A stretch of DNA of 64,000 nt, from the NCBI GenBank assembly GCA_964395665.1, contig CAYNDH010000001.1:161-64160 (forward strand), written 5' to 3'. Each line of letters opens with the position of its first letter. Positions within the stretch are counted from its first letter, which is position 1. A program made the position numbers and the translations under genes. Below the pieces are notes generated by a model. It saw nothing but the letters and a program-made list of their open reading frames with translations. It was not told the origin of the DNA and did not search any database. Source of the DNA: an uncultured Anaerolineaceae bacterium (lineage in GTDB: Bacteria > Chloroflexota > Anaerolineae > Aggregatilineales > Phototrophicaceae). Shown in pieces: positions 23,750-31,450 of the stretch.

Positions 23750-25099
23750 TCAGGAAAATCCGGCACGCCAGCGCTCGTCCCGGTAATCCTGCGGCGTATC
23801 GACATCGCGCAGGATGCTGTCTGTCTCGACCTCAAGGTAGCGAATATCATCTGTATGCTGATTGAAAAAATCGCGCAGGTTCGCCTTCTGGTCCATATTC
23901 TGAATTTCGCCCCAGTAGCGGCGTCCAATCAGCACCGGATGGCCGCGTTTACGTTCAAAACTGGGGATAATCAGACTGCTGCTGGTCTCGGCATACATCG
24001 ACAGAAGCTGATAGATCACTTTCGGCTGGATACGCGGCTGGTCGCCTAATACGATCATGGATGCCGCGATATGCGAGGGCTGCGCGGCTAATCCGGCTTT
24101 GATGGACGACATCATCTCACCGCTGCGGTAATTGCGGTTATAGACGACATCAACTTCAAGCGGACGCAGCAGCGCCTTGATCTCTTTGGCCTGATGGCCG
24201 GTGACCACCGTGATATGGTCGATGCGCGATTTAATCAACTGCTCGATGATGTGTTCGAGAATGGTGCGTCCATTGGCCCACGGCAGCAGTACTTTTGAAG
24301 TCCCCATACGGGTGGAAAGCCCCGCCGCCAGCACGACCGCGCCCACCGGCCTCTGGACTTCCACCACGGGCTGAACACCGCGCACCGCCCCCAGCACCAC
24401 GCCATGAAAGCGTTTTGAGCGCAGCATCAGCCGTGCGATCAGCCGCGCCCGTCCGCGAAAATAACCCCTGGGCGGCGTCTGATTGAGAAACGCGATGACG
24501 CGTGCGTTAGGTGGAACCCCCTTCAGGCCGAGTGCTTCATCACGCAGCACCTGAGCGATCCATGCCGCCTTGATACGGATATCCTGCGCGAAACCGTAAC
24601 GCTCGCGAATGGCCTGCGCGTTATAAACACTTTCATCGCTCAGCGTATAATTCATGGCAGAGACAGACGCCACCGGGATAATCAATGAGGTCTCCGGGGG
24701 GATGCCCGGCTCATCTTCAAACGGTGATTTCAGGAGCGCTGAATTGGCGCGGTCAGCTTCCACCAGCCAGACATCGGAGTCCATCGTATCCAGCCACAGC
24801 GGCAATTCCTCACGAGAGACACCATGGACCAGCCCATTTTCAATAGACTTGTAGAGAAAGACAAAGCGTTTTTCGGAAAGGGCTTCAGAGATCTCACCAT
24901 GATCGCTCTCGGCAGAGAATACCGCTGGCATCAGATCCAGCAGATGGGTATCCATGCCCATGGTCGTCGTTGCCAGCACACGCCATCCGGCTTCTGCCAG
25001 TTCATAACCAAGGGCCGCCAGCAGGCTGGTCTTCCCGCCTGCTCCGATGATTGCCACCACATCACCCGATGTTATTTCCAACGCTTCGTGAAGTTTCAT
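23750..25099 (-). CDS. Fusion protein: YqeC-like accessory P-loop domain + MocA-type molybdenum cofactor cytidylyltransferase
   Basis: 449 aa. The N-terminal half DVVAIIGAGGKTSLLAAL...VLATTT matches the pattern of the YqeC family (putative selenium-dependent hydroxylase accessory protein). The C-terminal half AVVLAAGLSTRMGTSKVLLP...LGDQP...GHPVL matches MobA/MocA-type NTP transferases. Confidence 0.75.
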   Translation of the reverse strand: MKLHEALEITSGDVVAIIGAGGKTSLLAALGYELAEAGWRVLATTTMGMDTHLLDLMPAVFSAESDHGEISEALSEKRFVFLYKSIENGLVHGVSREELPLWLDTMDSDVWLVEADRANSALLKSPFEDEPGIPPETSLIIPVASVSAMNYTLSDESVYNAQAIRERYGFAQDIRIKAAWIAQVLRDEALGLKGVPPNARVIAFLNQTPPRGYFRGRARLIARLMLRSKRFHGVVLGAVRGVQPVVEVQRPVGAVVLAAGLSTRMGTSKVLLPWANGRTILEHIIEQLIKSRIDHITVVTGHQAKEIKALLRPLEVDVVYNRNYRSGEMMSSIKAGLAAQPSHIAASMIVLGDQPRIQPKVIYQLLSMYAETSSSLIIPSFERKRGHPVLIGRRYWGEIQNMDQKANLRDFFNQHTDDIRYLEVETDSILRDVDTPQDYRDERWRAGFS

Positions 25100-27378
25100 A
25101 CCATCCGCTTCGTTACGTCACCTATTCCCTGAGCGCGCAGGGCGGCAACCACTTTCTCCGGCGTGAGCGGGATTTCGTCAATCCAGACACCTGTCGCATC
25201 ATGGACAGCAGCCGCAATCGCAGGCGCGAGTGGCAGCAGCGGCATCTCACCCATCCCACGCGCCCCAAATGGCCCGATAGGATCTGCGTATTCAAGAATG
25301 ACGGATTGCACCTGATCGGGGATGTCATAGACAGTCGGGATCAGATACGTAGAAAGATGCGGGTTCAGGATGCGCCCCTGATGCGAAATCAGATTTTCCA
25401 TCAGCGCGTAACCCTGTGCCTGAACAACTGCCCCTTCGATCTGCCCCTGTACCTGCTGCGGATTGATCGCTTTACCGACATCATTGGCCGAGACCACGTT
25501 CAGCACGTGAATGTGGCCGGTCTCAATATCAACTTCGACTTCCACAGCCTGTGCAGCATAGCCATAAGCGAAGTTAGGCTCACTTTTACCCGTTTTCGGC
25601 TCATACATCGTGGTCTTTGGCGGGCGGTACATATATTCGGCAATTGCAGGCCGCTCTTCGTTGTGCCACGCTTCCAGCGCCCGTTCTGCTGCGCCCCTGA
25701 TGGCATTTCCTGACATAAATGTCAGACGCGAAGCCGATGCACTGCCGGATGACTGCGTCCCGCCGCTGTCGTGCCCCATCAGGCGGACTTTGTGGAATGG
25801 CACGCCGACGGCATCCGCCGCCATCTGCATCATGACGGTATGCGTCCCCTGCCCGACATCCGCACCAGCGGCGCGAACCACCACTTCCTCAATTTCAGCC
25901 GTGCCATAAAGTTCAATCTGCGCCCAACTGTGTTCCGGATACCCGAAAGAATAACCGACATTCTTATAGGCGCAGGCAAATCCTATCCCACGGCGCAGTG
26001 AAGAGCCGTTGGTTCCGGATGAATCAGGCGGTCTCTGGCGCGGCTGCCACTCGACACCGTTCTTCGTCCAGTAACCGCTCTGCTCGGCACACTGCTCGAT
26101 CACTTCTGGCATACTGACACCCTTGGGCAGCGGTGTCCCCACCGAGAGCACGGTGTTTTCCTGAATTGAATTGATCCGGCGGATTTCAATCGGTGAAATG
26201 TCCAATGCGGCGGCCAGTTTGTTGACCTGCCCTTCCGCAGCAAGTGCAGCCTGCGGCGCACCAAAGCCACGGAACGCGCCCGTCGGGATATTGTTGGTCA
26301 GCACCGCGAAGGCATCAACAGAAACATTCGGCACATCATACGGGCCAGCGACCATCAGGCAGGCATTAGCGACCACTTTTGTCGAGGTATAGTTATACGG
26401 GCCAGCATCCCCCTTGACCATCGCTTCGATGGCGATAATCCGACCGTCACGGGTGGCGCCCCACTTAGTCGAGATGGAAAACGGATGCCGCTTGTGGTGA
26501 TAGCGGATCGACTCTTCACGGCTCCAGATGATTTTCACCGGGCGGCGCAGGCGCATCACGGCCAGCGCCAGCACGATCTGCACCGACATATCCTCACGGC
26601 CACCAAACGCCCCGCCAATCGCCGGGTAGATCACCCGTACCTGATCCTGCGGCAGATTCAGGGCATGGGTGATCTGCCACAGATCCTCATGCACCCACTG
26701 CCCGGCCACGCAGACCGTTATCCGTCCTTCTTCGTCGATATACCCAAGACCAGACTCCGGCTGAAGGAAAGCATGTTCCTGATAGCCAGTGTGATATTCA
26801 CCTTCAATGATGACATCAGCCTGCGCCCATGCAGACGCCATATCCCCCCGGCGCACCTCATAATGACAGAAATAATTACCGGGATTGCTCGGATGGATCT
26901 GCGGCGCATCGGGATGCAGTGCGGTTTCCATATCGAAGATGCCGGACAGGTCTTCATACTCGATATGGATCAATGCAGCGGCGGCAGCGGCAGTTTCGGC
27001 AGTTTCGGCGACCACCACCGCAATGCAGTCCATCGTACAGCGCGCAGTATCAGCAGCAGGATTGGTGCTGCCCGGTCCGCACAACACCGGCTGATCCTTT
27101 GTCACCAGACCATATTCATTGACCGGGATATCTGCCGCCGTGAAGATCGCTACAACGCCGGGGACAGCATCCGCATTGGTGGTATCTACAGCCAGAATAC
27201 GGGCATGTGGGCGATCACTGAAGCGCAGCTTCATCCAGAGCTGCCCTTCCACATTGAGATCTGCCGGATAAGCCGTATGGCCGGTTACTTTATCATGTGC
27301 ATCTATACGTCTGATGGACTGGCCGACAACGGAAGGTTGTCCTGCCTGGCCCACAGCATCTGGGGAATGATTTTTCAT
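25096..27378 (-). CDS. Xanthine dehydrogenase-family molybdopterin-binding large subunit
   Basis: I trimmed the start to ATG 27376-27378 (MKNHSPDAVGQ). Motifs VGQSIRRIDAHDKVTGHTAY, GGAFGGRED, and GFRGFGAPQ are present. There is a 4-bp overlap with the downstream gene. Confidence 0.9.
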   Translation of the reverse strand: MKNHSPDAVGQAGQPSVVGQSIRRIDAHDKVTGHTAYPADLNVEGQLWMKLRFSDRPHARILAVDTTNADAVPGVVAIFTAADIPVNEYGLVTKDQPVLCGPGSTNPAADTARCTMDCIAVVVAETAETAAAAAALIHIEYEDLSGIFDMETALHPDAPQIHPSNPGNYFCHYEVRRGDMASAWAQADVIIEGEYHTGYQEHAFLQPESGLGYIDEEGRITVCVAGQWVHEDLWQITHALNLPQDQVRVIYPAIGGAFGGREDMSVQIVLALAVMRLRRPVKIIWSREESIRYHHKRHPFSISTKWGATRDGRIIAIEAMVKGDAGPYNYTSTKVVANACLMVAGPYDVPNVSVDAFAVLTNNIPTGAFRGFGAPQAALAAEGQVNKLAAALDISPIEIRRINSIQENTVLSVGTPLPKGVSMPEVIEQCAEQSGYWTKNGVEWQPRQRPPDSSGTNGSSLRRGIGFACAYKNVGYSFGYPEHSWAQIELYGTAEIEEVVVRAAGADVGQGTHTVMMQMAADAVGVPFHKVRLMGHDSGGTQSSGSASASRLTFMSGNAIRGAAERALEAWHNEERPAIAEYMYRPPKTTMYEPKTGKSEPNFAYGYAAQAVEVEVDIETGHIHVLNVVSANDVGKAINPQQVQGQIEGAVVQAQGYALMENLISHQGRILNPHLSTYLIPTVYDIPDQVQSVILEYADPIGPFGARGMGEMPLLPLAPAIAAAVHDATGVWIDEIPLTPEKVVAALRAQGIGDVTKRMV

Positions 27379-27551
27379 AATTCTCTGCAATTGGAATCTA
27401 TACGAAACAAAGAGGACGCGTTTATGCGTCCCCTGGATTTTAGCGCAGTTGTTCGAGTGCGTAAACACACCTGCGTTTGAAACTGCGCCTGACTGCATAC
27501 CACTTATCAGGCGCTAATGGTTCATCTTTAGTTCAGCCTGTGAACCAGTCC

Positions 27552-27953
27552 CTAATGCAGCGGGTCGTTTTTGGAGCGTTCCTTCGCCATCTTGGCCCGG
27601 ACCTGCTTCTTGCGCTGCTTTTCCATCATCTGGGCCTTGATGCGCTCCTTGCGTTCCTTGTCGAGCGCCCGTTCCGAGACAATATCCTTTTTCTTCGGGA
27701 TTGCGATAGCGTAGAGCAGCGTTGAAATCATCACCAGCGCGAAGAAGATCACAACGCGTGAAATCCAGTCCATCGTACCGAGATCACTACCATCTATCGG
27801 GATCAGGCCGCTGACGACATCCGTCAGCCACGGGCCAAAGATAAAGGCAATCAGCCCGAAGGCGATAATCAGAATCAATCCAAACAGGGGAAGAAATGCA
27901 CGAATCGTAACGCGCTTCGCCTGTTTTAAACGATAATCCTCATTGGACTGCAT
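27552..27953 (-). CDS. Small membrane protein with strongly basic C-terminal tail (hypothetical)
   Basis: 133 aa. Two predicted TM helices are followed by a Lys/Arg-rich tail (KKKDIVSERALDKERKERIKAQMMEKQRKKQVRAKMAKERSK). It lies between the hydroxylase subunit genes. Confidence 0.55.
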   Translation of the reverse strand: MQSNEDYRLKQAKRVTIRAFLPLFGLILIIAFGLIAFIFGPWLTDVVSGLIPIDGSDLGTMDWISRVVIFFALVMISTLLYAIAIPKKKDIVSERALDKERKERIKAQMMEKQRKKQVRAKMAKERSKNDPLH

Positions 27954-27958
27954 AAGCG

Positions 27959-29407
27959 TTACTCCTTTTCTGGCTGCTGCTCTCGTTCAGCAGCGGCGGC
28001 AATAGCTGTAATGATTTTATAATAGCCGGTGCAGCGGCATAAATTCCCGCTGATACTCTGCTGGATCTGATCATGCGTCGGCTGCGGGTATTCTTCAAGC
28101 AGCTTGGCTCCCGCCATCAGGAAACCCGGCGTACAATACCCACACTGTACAGCACCTTCATCAATAAAAGTTTGCTGAATTGGATGAAGATCCTCGCCCG
28201 AACTCAGCCCTTCAATCGTGGTAATTTCAGCATCATGGGCGCGTGGGGAAGCGACCAGACACGCCATCACCGCCGCGCCATCGAGAAACACCGTGCAGGC
28301 ACCGCACTCCCCTTCTGCACAGCCTTCCTTCGTGCCAGTGAGTCCGGCTTCATCCCGCAGAAAGTTCAGCAGCGTCTTATGCTGGCCGGTCGTAAAGATG
28401 CGCGGTTCGCCGTTGATCGTCGTATGGATCGGCGCGTGGTCTTCGTGACGATGCAAATCAGACAGACGCACTGGATCTTCTGTATCCGGCTGCCCCCACA
28501 GCATCGCAGGCTGCGCCGGGACCTGTGTCTGCGGTTCACCACTTGCCAGTGACCGCAGCGCACGCGACACCAGCACCCGGACCATCTCGCTGCGATAATC
28601 GGCACTGCTGCGGACATCGGTAATCGGCTTCGGGACCGTACCAGCCACCGCCAATACTTCCGCGATGGTATCCGGTGTCAGGCTTTTACCGATCAGATAT
28701 TGTTCTGCTTCTGTCACCCGGATAATCGTGGGGGCAACACTGCCAAGTGTCAGCACAGCATCCGTAATAAGATCGCCGTCAAATGTCAGCACACAGGCCA
28801 CATTCACGACGGCGATGGCCTGGGCGCGTCTTAAACCCAGTTTCAGGAAAACACCCCGCTGATTGGGCTGCATGATCGGGATGTTGACTGAGGTCAGCAT
28901 CTCATCGGGCTGCATCACAGTGCGCCGCACTCCGGTGTAAAACTCACGCAGCGGGATCGTTCGCTCACCCTGCATCGAGCGCAGCGTAACCGAAGCCTGA
29001 AGCGCCATCAGCGGCGTGATGGTATCGTTAGCAGGTGAGCCTGTAATCACATTACCGGCGACAGTAGCGCGATTGCGAATCTGCGGCGCGCCGACTTCCC
29101 AACTGGCCTGTACCAACGGCATCGCGAATTCGCGGGCGTGCGGACTGCCGACCACCTGATTATGCGTAACGCTTCCCCCGATACGCAGAATGCCGTCTTC
29201 TACGGCCACCGTATCAAGACCGCTGATCCGCGAGACATCAATCAGGGCTTCCAGCGGCTGGCGCTGCTTGCGGTCCAGTTCAACCAGCAGATCAGTCCCG
29301 CCCGCGATAATCCGGGCGCGATCCTGAAAGTGCGCCAGTAATTCCAGCGCTTCATCCACGCTGGTGACGCTGTAATACTGCTGCCAGTGGGAGGTGTACG
29401 CACTCAT
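27959..29407 (-). CDS. Fused FAD-binding (CoxM/XdhB-like) and [2Fe-2S] (CoxS/XdhA-like) subunit of the molybdenum hydroxylase
   Basis: 482 aa. The N-terminal half IIAGGTDLLVEL is FAD_binding_5-like. The C-terminal about 160 aa carries CAEGECGACTV, CGYCTPGF and NLCRCTGY cluster motifs. Confidence 0.9.
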   Translation of the reverse strand: MSAYTSHWQQYYSVTSVDEALELLAHFQDRARIIAGGTDLLVELDRKQRQPLEALIDVSRISGLDTVAVEDGILRIGGSVTHNQVVGSPHAREFAMPLVQASWEVGAPQIRNRATVAGNVITGSPANDTITPLMALQASVTLRSMQGERTIPLREFYTGVRRTVMQPDEMLTSVNIPIMQPNQRGVFLKLGLRRAQAIAVVNVACVLTFDGDLITDAVLTLGSVAPTIIRVTEAEQYLIGKSLTPDTIAEVLAVAGTVPKPITDVRSSADYRSEMVRVLVSRALRSLASGEPQTQVPAQPAMLWGQPDTEDPVRLSDLHRHEDHAPIHTTINGEPRIFTTGQHKTLLNFLRDEAGLTGTKEGCAEGECGACTVFLDGAAVMACLVASPRAHDAEITTIEGLSSGEDLHPIQQTFIDEGAVQCGYCTPGFLMAGAKLLEEYPQPTHDQIQQSISGNLCRCTGYYKIITAIAAAAEREQQPEKE

Positions 29408-29844
29408 CGGTTATTCCAATACAATTCAATTGCCTTACGTGCATCGTCATCATCAATGTGATACAGGACCAGAAATGCCATTTGTCCAGCGGGTGTGTCC
29501 GTCTCTTCACGCAGAAGGTCAACGACATCCGGCACGACAACCTGCGGCGCAGTCGCCCGCGCAATCGAAACCAGCGCCCACGCGGCATTGGACTGGACAG
29601 AGAACACCGGATCATGCAGCGCATTGATCAGCGCGGGGACGGTCATCGGGCTGGCTAACTTGTCCAGCGCCCATGTCGCCATCATCCGCACATCGTCGTT
29701 TTCACTTGTCACCAGGCGCACTACATGGGGAATGGCTTTATACAGATATGTTTTGCCGGTGAGGATCAGACCCACCATCTGGCGGGAAGGAGAGTCATTT
29801 TTGAGCAGTTCAAAAATTTCCCCCCGGTCGATTTTTGTATTCAT
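29404..29844 (-). CDS. HEAT-repeat (PBS-lyase-like) protein
   Basis: 146 aa. Repeated motif DDVRMMATWALDKLASPMTVPALINALHDPVFSVQSNAAWALVSI. There is a 4-bp overlap with the downstream FAD/FeS gene. Confidence 0.65.
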   Translation of the reverse strand: MNTKIDRGEIFELLKNDSPSRQMVGLILTGKTYLYKAIPHVVRLVTSENDDVRMMATWALDKLASPMTVPALINALHDPVFSVQSNAAWALVSIARATAPQVVVPDVVDLLREETDTPAGQMAFLVLYHIDDDDARKAIELYWNNR

Positions 29845-29933
29845 CGCTGAACTTAACTCCAGTATATCTGGTTAAAATCTGCTCTGGGATTTCCATACAG
29901 GATACACATCCTTACCGAATGTCGTACAGAGCA

Positions 29934-30554
29934 TCATGCTTTCGACAGCGGTTCCACCTCAACCACCGTCACAGGATTGATATTCATGATCCGCGTCCCT
30001 TCATAATCAGTTTCAGTGACACTCCGCCGATCATAGGTGTGGACATGACCGTGAAACATATAACGCGGACGATACCATTTCATGAAGGTGAGAAGCGCCT
30101 TGAAGCCCTTATGGGGACGATCCTCTGCATCATGAATACCGGCTGAAGGCGAATGCGTGACCAGCACATCAACGCCGTGCCCTTTGTGGGATCGGGGGAT
30201 CAGCATCTGCGGCCCCAGCTTGATCACCATCCCCAGCATCTCGCTTTCGCTGTACTGAATACTGCCGTTGTTGTAACGCATTGACCCTTCAAGGCCAACA
30301 AACGTCAGGCCGTTATAGGAAACCACCCGTCTGTGGAGATCTTCTCCGCCGGGCGGTGATTGTGCATAGCCTTCATCATGATTGCCGCGCACATAGAATA
30401 ATGGCACATTCAGCACCGAAATAATAAATTCCAGATAGGCCGCAGAGAGGTCGCCACAACTGATGACCAATTCAACATCGCTGTAACGTCGGCGCAGGTT
30501 CGCCGCGCTCTCCATCTGCGGCATAATCGTATCACTAACACACAGAATTTTCAC
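29934..30554 (-). CDS. Calcineurin-like metallophosphoesterase
   Basis: 206 aa. Motifs ILCVSD, SCGDL, RGNHDE, VTHSP and GHVH. Confidence 0.8.
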   Translation of the reverse strand: MKILCVSDTIMPQMESAANLRRRYSDVELVISCGDLSAAYLEFIISVLNVPLFYVRGNHDEGYAQSPPGGEDLHRRVVSYNGLTFVGLEGSMRYNNGSIQYSESEMLGMVIKLGPQMLIPRSHKGHGVDVLVTHSPSAGIHDAEDRPHKGFKALLTFMKWYRPRYMFHGHVHTYDRRSVTETDYEGTRIMNINPVTVVEVEPLSKA

Positions 30555-30580
30555 AAAGAACCTTCAACTTATAATTCATT

Positions 30581-31450
30581 TTACGCTGTCGGCTCGCTCT
30601 CGACCGGCTGGGGATCTGGCTGCGGGCCTGAATGTGAGCTTGCCCGTTCGCTTAACGGGCGTGCAGTCCCACCGCGCCGCAGCATGGTGATTTCAGCAAG
30701 GATGCTGAGTGCGATTTCCTTCGGCGTTTCGGATTTCAATTCAAGCCCAATCGGTGCTCGAATACGGGATAGCTCGTCGTCCGTCAGGCCGTACTCCTCA
30801 ACCAGTGATTTTGCCGTTAATTTCCAGCGGCGTACACTGCCGATCAGACCGATATAAGGCGCTGGTGTCTGAAGCAGCGCAGGCAGCAGCGCGAGATCAA
30901 CCGGCAGCCCACGCGTAACACAGGCGACATAGGTCGATGCATCGATATTCACGTGCTGCGTCACTTCCCCCGGCTTGCAGATCACATATTCCGCCATTCC
31001 GGGGACCGCTTCCGGGTTACACAGGTCGGCGCGGTCATCACACAGGATTACGCGGTATTCCATCCACCGCCCAAGCTCCGCCAGCGCCTTACCCACATGA
31101 CCAGCCCCGATCACCAGCAGTTTCGGGGCGACATTCAGCGGCTCGATGAAAATCTGTGCCGTGCCACCGCAGATCCCCGGATCACCGTCTTCAAGATTGT
31201 TCAGCGTGTAGGTCCGCAGGCGCGTCTGGCCGTCATTCAGGCAGCCCAGCGCTTCCTGAATAACTTTGGCTTCCATCGCCCCGCCCCCAATCGTCCCCAC
31301 AATAGCTCCATCGGCCTGTACCAGCATTTTACTGCCAGCATGTCGGGGAATTGAACCTTGTGTCGTGATCACCGTTGCCAGCGCTGCCGGTGTCCCCTGA
31401 TTTTGGGCAGCAAGAATGGCGGCAAAGACATGTTTGTGGTCATCGTGCAT
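30581..31450 (-). CDS. XdhC/CoxI-family molybdenum hydroxylase maturation protein
   Basis: 289 aa. N-terminus ALATVITTQGSIPRHAGSKMLV, central Rossmann LLVIGAGHVGKALA, and PIGLEL near the C-terminus. Confidence 0.85.
   Translation of the reverse strand: MHDDHKHVFAAILAAQNQGTPAALATVITTQGSIPRHAGSKMLVQADGAIVGTIGGGAMEAKVIQEALGCLNDGQTRLRTYTLNNLEDGDPGICGGTAQIFIEPLNVAPKLLVIGAGHVGKALAELGRWMEYRVILCDDRADLCNPEAVPGMAEYVICKPGEVTQHVNIDASTYVACVTRGLPVDLALLPALLQTPAPYIGLIGSVRRWKLTAKSLVEEYGLTDDELSRIRAPIGLELKSETPKEIALSILAEITMLRRGGTARPLSERASSHSGPQPDPQPVESEPTA

Noticed and set aside
26485-27480. 331-aa plus-strand ORF, together with the 40-codon N-terminal extension (27379..27498) of the Mo-subunit ORF
   Set aside because: The plus-strand ORF is antisense to the molybdopterin subunit. 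The extension (MQSGAVSNAGVFTHSNNCAK...) has no family support, and the conserved protein begins at the ATG at 27378.
27379-27551. Purine or Moco riboswitch in the leader of the Mo-hydroxylase large subunit gene
   Set aside because: It contains only two simple hairpins (gcgcctga/tcaggcgc at 27485-27514 and ggacgc/gcgtcc at 27414-27431). There are no conserved riboswitch cores, and the first hairpin is more simply a terminator or attenuator after the small membrane-protein gene.
23750-31450. In-frame UGA selenocysteine codons or SECIS elements in the hydroxylase operon
   Set aside because: All ORFs are continuous without internal stops. The proposed YqeC-linked selenium use involves a labile cofactor, not Sec, so no recoding signal is expected or seen.
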